Shown here: positions 16,602-24,715 of the stretch, piece by piece
How positions within the stretch are numbered: the stretch's first letter is position 1
Layout: every line of letters starts with the position of its first letter
DNA from: Longimicrobium sp.
GTDB lineage: Bacteria > Gemmatimonadota > Gemmatimonadetes > Longimicrobiales > Longimicrobiaceae
Assembly (NCBI RefSeq): GCF_036280135.1
Contig: NZ_DASURI010000399.1
Span: forward strand, 1 to 41,998
DNA: 41,998 bases
Direction: 5' to 3'
Notes under the pieces: model-generated
The model's database searches: none
What the model was told of the DNA's origin: nothing
What the model saw: the letters and a program-made list of their open reading frames with translations, nothing else
Position numbers and translations under genes: made by a program

Positions 16602-16832
16602 ATGCTGCCAGGTGAGACGATCGGGAGCGGGGCTCCGAACAAGTGCGACTGCGGCAAGAAGTTTCGGATCCGAGTGTTGCAATCGGGTGGCGGCTACTAC
16701 ATCGGCACGGCCTGTGAGAACAGGGACTGCTCAGAGTACGGTATGCCGTATTCGCGTGAGTCGCTGCGGTACTGGCAAACACGCGAGGAGGCCGAGAGGG
16801 CCCTGGCTGGACGTTTCTGGATTCCCCGATGA
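16602..16832 (+). CDS. Small Cys-containing phage protein
   Basis: VLQSGGGYYIGT.C...PYSRES.RYW.TREEAE.AL. Confidence 0.65.
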   Translation: MLPGETIGSGAPNKCDCGKKFRIRVLQSGGGYYIGTACENRDCSEYGMPYSRESLRYWQTREEAERALAGRFWIPR

Positions 16833-16978
16833 CCACCCCAGCCGAGGTGCGGAAGAAGCCGAAGCCGCGCTGCCCAAAGTGCGGCTACAAGATTTCGTGG
16901 GCCTTCGAAGAGGAGGCTGGATTCGGGATTGTCTGGTGCCTCAGATACCGCGCGTGCGGGTGGGAGCAGGTGAGCTGA
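16829..16978 (+). CDS. 49-aa Zn-ribbon protein (not in ORF track)
   Basis: MTTPAEVRKKPKPRCPKCGY...WC...CGW. Coupled at both ends. Confidence 0.5.
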   Translation: MTTPAEVRKKPKPRCPKCGYKISWAFEEEAGFGIVWCLRYRACGWEQVS

Positions 16979-17211
16979 TGCCGACTAACCCCCGGCGCCG
17001 GATCGAGGAGGCGGCGAGGGAGATCGAGCAGCCGTTCGGCTACACGATCGTCTACGGGCATCATCTCAAGATCGTGGCTGTCCTGGAGCGCCTGATCCGG
17101 GAGGCCGCGGAGGTGGTAACGCGCCCGTGCTACGACGACACTGACCCCGACTTGGCGATCCTCTCCCACTTCGGCCTGGGCGAGGAGGAGGGGAGGGAGC
17201 GGAATGGCTGA
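16978..17211 (+). CDS. Accessory hypothetical protein
   Basis: TGATG coupling. Confidence 0.55.
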   Translation: MPTNPRRRIEEAAREIEQPFGYTIVYGHHLKIVAVLERLIREAAEVVTRPCYDDTDPDLAILSHFGLGEEEGRERNG

Positions 17212-17410
17212 GAAGACTAAGCCGGAGCCGTGCCCGTTCTGTGCCGACGATCGCGTATCGGTCGAAGGTGCTGCTGGCCTGTGGTGGGTGTTCTGTGGGA
17301 ACCCGTTCTGCGGCGCTAGCGGGCCTGATCGCCGGACTCGACGGGACGCCATCGAGCGGTGGAATGACGCGCCGAGAGATCGGTCTCTGGTGTCCTCCGA
17401 TGCCCGCTGA
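17204..17410 (+). CDS. Lar-family (restriction alleviation-like) protein
   Basis: PCPFC...VFC...CGASGP...AIERWN. Confidence 0.75.
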   Translation: MAEKTKPEPCPFCADDRVSVEGAAGLWWVFCGNPFCGASGPDRRTRRDAIERWNDAPRDRSLVSSDAR

Positions 17411-17594
17411 GCTGACGGTGTGGGCGGTGGTGTGCGCGGATGAGCAGATTCATGGGGTGGACTCCGAGGATCCGTGGGTCCAATTCAGAAAGCGTCCTGA
17501 CCCGGAAGTTGTGGCGGGCCTGGACAGAATTGCCCCAGGATTCGCTGCCTGCGGCCCCCACCGGGTCGCGGAGATGAGGGAGGTGGGGAGGTGA
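17400..17594 (+). CDS. Accessory hypothetical protein
   Basis: Fills the gap. Ends at a GGAGGTGA junction. Confidence 0.45.
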   Translation: MPAELTVWAVVCADEQIHGVDSEDPWVQFRKRPDPEVVAGLDRIAPGFAACGPHRVAEMREVGR

Positions 17595-17782
17595 AGGACC
17601 GCCGCGTGCCGAAGAAGGGCGAGCCACTGAGACGTTGGGTTGACTGCGAGGAGTGCGGGAACCCGTGTACGGCTTGGGCGAAGCAGTGCGGGTCGTGCGG
17701 TATTCTCGGGCCGATCTGCTTTTCCTGTCTCAGCCGCAAACACACGTTCTGCGACCCGGAGGCCGCCGATGTCCGACGCTGA
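17591..17782 (+). CDS. Small Cys-rich accessory protein
   Basis: GTGA coupling, three CxxC motifs. Confidence 0.5.
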   Translation: MKDRRVPKKGEPLRRWVDCEECGNPCTAWAKQCGSCGILGPICFSCLSRKHTFCDPEAADVRR

Positions 17783-19328
17783 GTTTTTGGCCTGGAAGAT
17801 CGAGTCTCTGCTGACCGACCGCTGGGAGATCGGGACGTCTGAAGACGGCAGCGACAGCTCGTGGAGTCCGGTCGGGCCAGGAGAGATCACCGCGGCTGTG
17901 CTTCCGCTGCTCGCCCCCCTCCTGGAGGAGCAGGGGCGGCTGCGGAGGGTGCTCGACAACGTTCAGTTCCAGGTCACCTACATGTGCGAAGAGATCGGCG
18001 TCGTGCTCGGACTCGGTACTCAGAGTCCTGCCGATACGGTGTCGTCGGTCAGGGATCTGATGCAGGGGGCTGAGTCCTCGAAGGAGCGCGCCGAAGCGGC
18101 CGAGGCCGAGGCCGCCAAGTTTCGGAGCCCCCATCGCCGCGTCCGCTGTGACCACGATGACTATATGTGTGATGTCTGTAAGGTGCAGTGGCCGTGCGAC
18201 GTGGCCCGAGGCGCTACGTTCGGCGGCCTTGGCGGGTCCACCACTGGGAGCCTGTGTCCAAAGCATGGCGTTCCAATGGTGCAAACGATCACCGAGCATG
18301 TGCTGTGCGCGGTGTGTGAGCAAGCCGAGGCCGCCAAGCTGCGGGAGGAGCGAGACGAGTTGCTGGTCCGTGATCACGCTTACGCCGAGCGTGAGAATGC
18401 CCTGAACGACGGCTGCCTGAAGCTGGAGGCCAAGGTCGCCGACCTGGAGGCGCGCAAGCTTGGCTACCGCAACGCGGCCGTCATCCTGAAGAACCACGTC
18501 GCTAGTAGGGCTCGTCTTCTCCGCAAGGTCTTCGACCGACTGAAGGACGCCCGCAACGCGCTCGCCTCCGCCCAGCAGAGGGCGGGGAGGATGGAGGGGG
18601 CGCTGCGGGAGATGCTGGATTTGGCAGAGCGTCGGTTGGACGGTATCTGGCGGGGACACTTGGAGCCCGGCGTCAGAGCAGCCCGCGCAGCCCTGTCCCC
18701 CGCCCCGGAGCCGGCGCCGTGGAAGTGCGCGGCGCGAAACAGCGCGTGCGACCCACCGCAAGACTGCGACTGGCCCAACTGCGGATGCGACCCGAAGGCG
18801 AGCGAGGTCATGTCGGCGCTGGTCGAGCAGGGATGGAGGCCGCCCGCCCCGGCGCAGGAGGGGGCGCCGAAGCCGGCCCACCTGTTCTGTCCGAAGTGCA
18901 ACGAGCGCCACGTAGACCGCGGCGAGTGGGAGACGCGCCCTCACCACAAGCACCTGTGCGAATTCTGCGGACACGTCTGGAGAGTGGAACCGTACACCTA
19001 CGGGATTGCGGCCCCGGAGCCTGCCCCGGTGAGCCGAGAGGGGGAGCCGCTTGCCAAGGCACTAGAGATCATCGAAGCCGCTGCGGAGAACGAGTGCGGG
19101 GCCTGCGCCGACGGGGAGTCTCTCTGGCGCGGCGAGGACCAGCCGGAGCTGTATCTGCACGGCTTCGATGACGAGATGGGCGAGTGCGAGAGTCAGACGA
19201 TGCAGGCCGCGGTGGACGCAGGATTGCTGCCGATCACGATCCTGCCGAAGTGCAAGGCCGGCCATGCGTGGTACGGCGGCGGCTGCCCGAATTGCGCCCG
19301 GCGCGCCGCGGGGGAGGGGGAGCCCTAA
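17769..19328 (+). CDS. Mosaic multi-module protein (coiled coils plus several Cys/His clusters)
   Basis: ~519 aa. Modules are separated by repeated AEAAK and APEPAP linkers. Confidence 0.65.
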   Translation: MSDAEFLAWKIESLLTDRWEIGTSEDGSDSSWSPVGPGEITAAVLPLLAPLLEEQGRLRRVLDNVQFQVTYMCEEIGVVLGLGTQSPADTVSSVRDLMQGAESSKERAEAAEAEAAKFRSPHRRVRCDHDDYMCDVCKVQWPCDVARGATFGGLGGSTTGSLCPKHGVPMVQTITEHVLCAVCEQAEAAKLREERDELLVRDHAYAERENALNDGCLKLEAKVADLEARKLGYRNAAVILKNHVASRARLLRKVFDRLKDARNALASAQQRAGRMEGALREMLDLAERRLDGIWRGHLEPGVRAARAALSPAPEPAPWKCAARNSACDPPQDCDWPNCGCDPKASEVMSALVEQGWRPPAPAQEGAPKPAHLFCPKCNERHVDRGEWETRPHHKHLCEFCGHVWRVEPYTYGIAAPEPAPVSREGEPLAKALEIIEAAAENECGACADGESLWRGEDQPELYLHGFDDEMGECESQTMQAAVDAGLLPITILPKCKAGHAWYGGGCPNCARRAAGEGEP

Positions 19329-19337
19329 AGATTCCTC

Positions 19338-19366
19338 TTGACATCCGCTCGTCCGCGAGCTATATT
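19338..19366 (+). promoter_or_regulatory. Strong sigma70 promoter of a moron-like module
   Basis: TTGACA-N17-TATATT followed by an AGGAGG RBS. Confidence 0.85.
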
Positions 19367-19381
19367 TGGTGTCAGGAGGGG

Positions 19382-19603
19382 ATGATGAAGAGCAAGTGGC
19401 AGTACAAGGTGGTGAAGACGCAGCGTGGACAGCAGGGCCAGTGGTTCCGCCACCGGGCGGCCTACACCAGCGTGGACGAGGCGTCGGCGGTCCAGTACGC
19501 CGAGGGGTTCGCTGCCGAGCAGCAGGCTGCTGGCGTGACGGGTACGCGGGTCCTGGTGCTGGCGCGCAAGGGCGACCGCGTGGTCCGCGAGTTCGGCTGG
19601 TAG
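19382..19603 (+). CDS. Moron-like hypothetical protein
   Basis: Has its own promoter and an AGGAGG RBS. Confidence 0.7.
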   Translation: MMKSKWQYKVVKTQRGQQGQWFRHRAAYTSVDEASAVQYAEGFAAEQQAAGVTGTRVLVLARKGDRVVREFGW

Positions 19604-19610
19604 CGCCGGT

Positions 19611-19642
19611 CTTGGGGAGGCGCCCACGGGCGCTCTCCCAGG
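19611..19642 (+). terminator. GC-rich hairpin after the moron gene (possible terminator or processing site)
   Basis: CTTGGGGAGGCGCCC..GGGCGCTCTCCCAGG. No good U-tract. Confidence 0.4.
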
Positions 19643-19651
19643 GCTTACGCG

Positions 19652-19903
19652 ATGAATCCCAAGAACGCGCCGATCCGCGAGACCTTCGCCCCGATCTACC
19701 TCTGCCACTGCCTCCGCTGTGGACACGAGTGGGCCGCCCGGTGCGAGTGCCCTCCCGGCCTGGAGCACCACCTAGCCGAGTGCGATCCTCCCGAGATGTG
19801 CGCCGGCTGCCGTGCTCGTCGCTGGTGGTTACCGGCTGGTCCTGTCGGATGGCCTCGGGGGAGATCGCGCAAGGTGGCGGGGGAGGGGGAGCCGAGGGGA
19901 TGA
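19652..19903 (+). CDS. Zn-ribbon protein
   Basis: CLRCGHEW...CAGCRARRW. Confidence 0.6.
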   Translation: MNPKNAPIRETFAPIYLCHCLRCGHEWAARCECPPGLEHHLAECDPPEMCAGCRARRWWLPAGPVGWPRGRSRKVAGEGEPRG

Positions 19904-20265
19904 TAACCGAAAACGAGGACGGGACGTTCAGTGGCGTCCCGGGAGGCTGCACGATCCGCAGGGCCAAGAGACGCGAGACGACTTACGGCGGATTCCACGG
20001 GGGAGATCCGCGAGACTTCAAGCCCGATCCTGAATGCTCGACTCAAGAGGAGCGCGCCGCTCATCGGGCCGCGTGCGAGGCGTGGGACAGAGGCGAGCGC
20101 CCTGAGAGCGAGACTGGCCGCATGGGCAAGTTCGAGCAGTTGCCAGACGGTCGGACCCTGAAGCATCCATGTACCTATGGAGCATTCGGGCTCGGCACCG
20201 GTTCCGTCGAACTAGACGTGCTCGAAGTTGTTCATCCGGACGGGCGAGTCGAGGTCTACTACTAA
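19900..20265 (+). CDS. Accessory hypothetical protein
   Basis: ATGA coupling. Flanked by a 16-bp direct repeat. Confidence 0.6.
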   Translation: MITENEDGTFSGVPGGCTIRRAKRRETTYGGFHGGDPRDFKPDPECSTQEERAAHRAACEAWDRGERPESETGRMGKFEQLPDGRTLKHPCTYGAFGLGTGSVELDVLEVVHPDGRVEVYY

Positions 20266-20282
20266 CCGATGGAGCCGAGGGG

Positions 20283-20552
20283 ATGAGCGACTGGAAGCCG
20301 ATCGAGAGCGCGCCGAGGGATGGGACGCATCTGCTGCTGTACTCGGCGGAGTGGACAAGGCATGCCGTTAACACTGACGCGAGGTCGTTCGCTGGCGGTC
20401 GCGAGCCGGCGCCAGCGTTTGCCAGGATCAGGGGAGTCTACGAAGGGCGCTGGTCGGACGTTGGGGCCTGCTGGTATTCGGTCACTCGCCACAAGTTCCT
20501 TTCGCCGCCGACCCACTGGATGCCGCTGCCAGATCCGCCGGAGGGGGAATGA
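20283..20552 (+). CDS. DUF551-like phage protein
   Basis: WKPIESAPRDGT...PTHWMPLPDPP. Confidence 0.8.
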   Translation: MSDWKPIESAPRDGTHLLLYSAEWTRHAVNTDARSFAGGREPAPAFARIRGVYEGRWSDVGACWYSVTRHKFLSPPTHWMPLPDPPEGE

Positions 20553-21913
20553 GCGACACCCCGCAGGTGCCGGCCAACCTCGAGGCCGAGCGCTGGGTGC
20601 TGGGCGGGATCATGACGGCCGGGCTGCGCGAGAAGGGGCTCGACCGCGTCGCGCCGATCCTGTCCGCGGGAGACTTCTACCCGTTCAAGCACCAGACGAT
20701 CTACGCGGCCATGCTCGAGCTGGCGCGGCAGGGGGAGGACCCGGACCTGATCACGCTGGTGAACCAGCTACGCCGGGGCCAGCAGATCGAGGGTGTCGGG
20801 GGCGAGAAGTACGTGGCGGGCCTGGTGGACGGCGTGCCGCGCGTGACGGGCATCGAGGGCTGGGCGCGGATCGTGCGGCGGCACAGCCTGCGTCGGCAGG
20901 TGGCAGCGGCCGCAGAGGGGATCGCGCTGGCGGCGATGATGGACGATCGCGACCCCGAGGAGGTGATCGAGGCCGGCCTGGGCGAGCTGGTACGGCTGTC
21001 GAAGGCGGCTACGGACCGGGCCTTCCCGGACAACGCCGACCTGGTCAAGCGAGTGATCGCGGACGCCGAGGCGCGGGAGCTGGAGCCCGACGGCATCCTC
21101 GGATGGCGTAGCGGCATTGTCGGCCTCGACCGTGCGTTGCAGGGTATCCAGGGCGGGGAGCTGGGCCTGGTGTGCGGCGGGCGTGGCGAGGGCAAAAGCG
21201 CGATGGTGTTGCAGATCGCGCAGAACGTGGTCGCTACCGCGCCGGGCCGGGTCGTGTACTTCACGCTGGAGATGAAACCGGAGATCCTGACCGAGCGCCG
21301 CCTGTCGGGCGAGGCCGGGGTGTCGGTGCGTTCGCTGTGGAAGTACCGCTACTCACCTGACGAGCGCGCGCAGCGTTGGGCCCGGATCGCCAAGGCCGAG
21401 CCGGTGATCGCGCGGCCCGAGCTGGTGACGTGCTCCAGCGCGCGCACGGTCGGCCACATGCGGGCCCGGGCGCGGCAGATCCAGGCCGAGCACGGCCTGT
21501 CCCTCGTGGTGGTGGACTACCTCCAGCTCGTGCGTCCGGCGCAGGCCAAGCAGCGGCGTAACGAGGAGGTCGCGGAGGTGGCGCGCGACCTGAAAGACCT
21601 GGCGATGGACCTGAACGTGCCCGTTGTGGCGGCGTGCCAGCTCAACCGCGGCCCGGCTTCGCGCAAGGATGGCAGGCCGGCCATGACCGACATCGCGGAC
21701 AGCGACGAGCCGGGCAAGGCATGCGATTGGGCGGTGCTGATTCACCGGCTGGACCTGACGCAGCCGACGCCGGAGCGGCGCGAGGAGATGAAGGGGCAGG
21801 TGGACTTGATCATCGGGAAGCACAGGAACGGCTGGGCCTCGGACGTGCGCGTGCGGTTCCTGGGCGCGGTGACGCAGTACATCGATGCGCCGGAGGTTGA
21901 GATCACGACTTGA
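20549..21913 (+). CDS. dnaB: Replicative DNA helicase
   Basis: NLEAERWVLG N-domain, Walker A GGRGEGKS, FTLEM, VVVDYLQL, QLNR, IIGKHRNG. Confidence 0.92.
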   Translation: MSDTPQVPANLEAERWVLGGIMTAGLREKGLDRVAPILSAGDFYPFKHQTIYAAMLELARQGEDPDLITLVNQLRRGQQIEGVGGEKYVAGLVDGVPRVTGIEGWARIVRRHSLRRQVAAAAEGIALAAMMDDRDPEEVIEAGLGELVRLSKAATDRAFPDNADLVKRVIADAEARELEPDGILGWRSGIVGLDRALQGIQGGELGLVCGGRGEGKSAMVLQIAQNVVATAPGRVVYFTLEMKPEILTERRLSGEAGVSVRSLWKYRYSPDERAQRWARIAKAEPVIARPELVTCSSARTVGHMRARARQIQAEHGLSLVVVDYLQLVRPAQAKQRRNEEVAEVARDLKDLAMDLNVPVVAACQLNRGPASRKDGRPAMTDIADSDEPGKACDWAVLIHRLDLTQPTPERREEMKGQVDLIIGKHRNGWASDVRVRFLGAVTQYIDAPEVEITT

Positions 21914-21933
21914 TCGTTCGGTAACCTTTCCGC

Positions 21934-21963
21934 TTGAAACACTACAGGCTGTAGTCGTACCAT
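21934..21963 (+). promoter_or_regulatory. Candidate late promoter with a palindromic operator in the spacer
   Basis: TTGAAA-N18-TACCAT. ACTACAG-G-CTGTAGT at 21941-21955. Confidence 0.55.
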
Positions 21964-22071
21964 TCGGCGTAACAACCTGCCGCGCCCTGGACGGCTTGGG
22001 ATGGCCGCCCGGTGATGCCCGCGGATCAACCGCGGGAGGTCTCCGGCGCGGCCTTCGCTGTTTAGGGGGCC

Positions 22072-22503
22072 ATGCGGTTGCTGTCGAAGGGGCCGAGTCC
22101 TCACCTGAGCTGGGCCGAGCTGGCCTGTCACGACGGTACGCCGTACCCGGTGGAGTGGCGCCTGAATCGCGCTGTCCGGCTCGCGGTCGAGTTCGAGCTG
22201 GTGCGGAAGCGCGTGGGCGGGCCCATTCGGATCCTGTCGGCGTACCGCACTGCGGAGCGTAACCGCCTGGTGGGCGGGGCGCGCAACTCCGAGCACGTTC
22301 AGGGCCGGGCGCTGGACATGGAGCCGCCGCCGGGCATGACGGTGGCGCGGCTGCACGAGCTGGTGCTGGCCGAGGCCGCGGAGCCGGACTCGCGCATCCG
22401 TGGCGTGGGCCTGTACCCGTGGGGCGTGCACATGGACGTGCGGCCGGCGGAGCGGCTGGCGCGGTGGGTCCACGGCCGGCCCGCGGCGGATGAGGTCGCA
22501 TGA
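22072..22503 (+). CDS. Endolysin, peptidase M15A family
   Basis: ILSAYR...N..VGGARNSEHVQGRALD...GVGLY..GVHMDVR. Confidence 0.88.
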   Translation: MRLLSKGPSPHLSWAELACHDGTPYPVEWRLNRAVRLAVEFELVRKRVGGPIRILSAYRTAERNRLVGGARNSEHVQGRALDMEPPPGMTVARLHELVLAEAAEPDSRIRGVGLYPWGVHMDVRPAERLARWVHGRPAADEVA

Positions 22504-23753
22504 CGCGCCGCCGCTGGATCAGGGCATTCGTTGCGGTGTTCGCGGTCTGGCTCGCGATGGAGCTGTGGTCCTCGTTCGACAAGGATCCGGACACGGTCCC
22601 GTTCACCTGGATCCTGGTGGATCACGTGAGCTGGGAACTGTTGCTGTTCGTGTTCGGCGCGCTGGCGCTTTGGCTGCCGCCCCACTTCTACATCCGGTAC
22701 AGGCGGCGGGCGCGCGAGAGGGCGCGGAGCACTTCGGCGCGGGCCGGGATCTACTGGGTGTTGCTGCTGGCGTTTGCGGTCGCAGGTTGCGACTACATTC
22801 GTCGGCTGCCGGACCTGATCCCTGGGCCGCCGAGTCCACCGCCCACCACGCTCGCGCCGGCGCCGAGTCCCAGCCCGGAGCCGTCAACGGCGCCGCCGAC
22901 GCCCGCCCCGGAGCCGTCGAGCGCGCCGCCGAGCCCCGCTCCGTCTCCGGTCCCGTGCACCGCGCCTCAGGGCGGCGGCGAGTGGGTGCCCGACGCGCGC
23001 TTCGAGGACGCGCCGCCTGAAGACTGGATCTGCGACGAGGTCAACGCGGCCCTGCTCACGCTCTCGGGCTGTCCGGGTCCGAACACGTCCTGCCCGCTGG
23101 ACCCGCCGGAGCGGCAGCGCTTCTTCCGCGAGCGCCTGATCCCGGAGCTACAGCGGAGGGGCTTCTGCGCCGGGCAGCACCTCGACGGCCAGACCGACGA
23201 GGTGAGCATCACGACGCCCGAGGAGTACCCGGCGGGGCCGTGGCGCAACTTCCATGCGTTCGGCAACGGGAAGGCCGTCTGGTGCCGGCCCGGGATGCCG
23301 AACCGGGAGGGCGTGCCCGGGCGCGGGAGCTGGCGCGGTCGCTGGCGGTTCGTGCCGGACGGCAGCCCGATCCCGGAGCCCGAGCCTCCCGCGAGCCCCG
23401 AGCCGGACCCGGAGCCGCCGCCGACGCCCAGGCCGAAGCCCCGGATCGCGGACCGCGCCTACGTGTCCGGCGTGACCACGCTCAAGCCGGGGCAGAGCGC
23501 TGGCCTCGAATGCATGTTCTGGCTCAACGGCGAGCGCGTGAGCCCGCCCATCAAGGACTTCTCGGTCGGGGCGATGCTCGGTGGGCCGATCCGCGCGTGG
23601 CACTTCACGGTGACGCAGCCCGGCCAGTACCGCCGGGTCCTGACGCTGAAGCCGGACTGCCCGGCGGGCACGTTCAAGGTGTACTGCAACACGGTCAACC
23701 CGGACGGCTCGTACACCACGAGCCCGAACCTGACGATCGAGGTGCGCCCGTGA
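22500..23753 (+). CDS. Membrane protein / lipoprotein with Pro-rich linkers
   Basis: Two N-terminal TM segments, internal lipobox LLLAFAVAG-C, Pro-rich linkers, Cys-containing domains. Confidence 0.65.
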   Translation: MTRRRWIRAFVAVFAVWLAMELWSSFDKDPDTVPFTWILVDHVSWELLLFVFGALALWLPPHFYIRYRRRARERARSTSARAGIYWVLLLAFAVAGCDYIRRLPDLIPGPPSPPPTTLAPAPSPSPEPSTAPPTPAPEPSSAPPSPAPSPVPCTAPQGGGEWVPDARFEDAPPEDWICDEVNAALLTLSGCPGPNTSCPLDPPERQRFFRERLIPELQRRGFCAGQHLDGQTDEVSITTPEEYPAGPWRNFHAFGNGKAVWCRPGMPNREGVPGRGSWRGRWRFVPDGSPIPEPEPPASPEPDPEPPPTPRPKPRIADRAYVSGVTTLKPGQSAGLECMFWLNGERVSPPIKDFSVGAMLGGPIRAWHFTVTQPGQYRRVLTLKPDCPAGTFKVYCNTVNPDGSYTTSPNLTIEVRP

Positions 23754-23841
23754 CGCGCACGCTGCTCATCCTCGCCTGCGGCCTCACGCTGGGCTACCTC
23801 GCCGGGAAGGGGCGCCCGGCCAGGATCGGGAGGATTCGATC

Positions 23842-24072
23842 GTGAGCAGGAGCAGAAAGGACCAGCGGGGCGGGCACCGACCGCGCGGGCCGCAGTGCGG
23901 TGAATTCCATACGAGAACCGCTCCGAAGATCGATGGTGCCTTTGCCGTCGGCAGCCGACAGAAGCCGAAGCGGCTGGCGAACAGGTACGCGCGGCGCAAG
24001 GCGAGAAGCGTGGCCCTGGTGACTCGCGAGGACTGTGCGGACGGGACCACGCGATGGGTGTACGTGCTGTGA
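23842..24072 (+). CDS. Small basic hypothetical protein
   Basis: GGAGG RBS. Confidence 0.5.
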   Translation: MSRSRKDQRGGHRPRGPQCGEFHTRTAPKIDGAFAVGSRQKPKRLANRYARRKARSVALVTREDCADGTTRWVYVL

Positions 24073-24190
24073 GGGGGCCCGGGCATCGCGTTGAGGTGGA
24101 CGGGGTGTCAGCCGGCGCGGCGCTGCTCGTGCTGTGGCTGGCGCTCATGGCGCTGGAGGGATCGTGCGTACCGAACACGCTGGGGGGTAT

Positions 24191-24472
24191 GTGGTGAGCG
24201 AGACACTGCCGGTCAAGTTGCAAGAGCGGCTGTGGTCCACGTCACCGCTGCGGTTCACGAGTCCGAAGATCCAGGAGGCCGTGGACGCTGCTGTCGCGGC
24301 GGCGCCGCCGGATCACTCCCGGCTGTTGCTGCGGGTGGACCTGGACGGCGCGTACCTCGTCGGTGTGAAGAGGCTCGGGGCCGGGCTGTCGCTGCGCGCG
24401 ATTGGCGGCCTCGATTGGGAGAGCCGGAAGCTCGAGGGCGCTGTCGAGCTGGTCGGGAGCTGGGAGGACTGA
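24191..24472 (+). CDS. Hypothetical protein
   Basis: Distal part of ORF 24134..24472 with amphipathic beta-strands. Confidence 0.5.
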   Translation: MVSETLPVKLQERLWSTSPLRFTSPKIQEAVDAAVAAAPPDHSRLLLRVDLDGAYLVGVKRLGAGLSLRAIGGLDWESRKLEGAVELVGSWED

Positions 24473-24477
24473 AGGCC

Positions 24478-24711
24478 ATGAGCTGGAAGAGAGCGGCCGA
24501 AGCCGCGGCGTTTGCGGCGGCCATGGTGCTGCTGCCGGAGATCCCGGCGTGGCTTTCCAACTGTGACGCCGACTGGTGCACGAAGTACGGCCCCACGATC
24601 GCACGCGTGAGCATCTTGCTCGTGGCGTGGCTGCGGCAGAACCGTCCCGAGTGGGACGGGGCCGACCGTAGGGGCAAGCAGCAGCAGGCGCCGCAGTCAC
24701 CCGGGGCCTGA
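24478..24711 (+). CDS. Putative holin
   Basis: GGAGG RBS, two hydrophobic segments, charged C-terminal tail, near the endolysin. Confidence 0.45.
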   Translation: MSWKRAAEAAAFAAAMVLLPEIPAWLSNCDADWCTKYGPTIARVSILLVAWLRQNRPEWDGADRRGKQQQAPQSPGA

Positions 24712-24715
24712 TGGC

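Noticed and set aside
14139-20552. CRISPR array, true integron or diversity-generating retroelement
   Set aside because: No regular repeat-spacer period, no attC-like hairpins, and no cas, reverse transcriptase or integron-integrase gene recognised anywhere in the window.
21970-22055. Twister-like TCCCAAGCC on the minus strand; also HDV-like CCCCTCGC near 9800
   Set aside because: The other conserved ribozyme elements and pseudoknots could not be built by eye. An Infernal search would settle it.
22820-22955. Short tandem-like repeats in the Pro-rich linker (and GGC runs in the tail fibre)
   Set aside because: Explained by low-complexity protein sequence.
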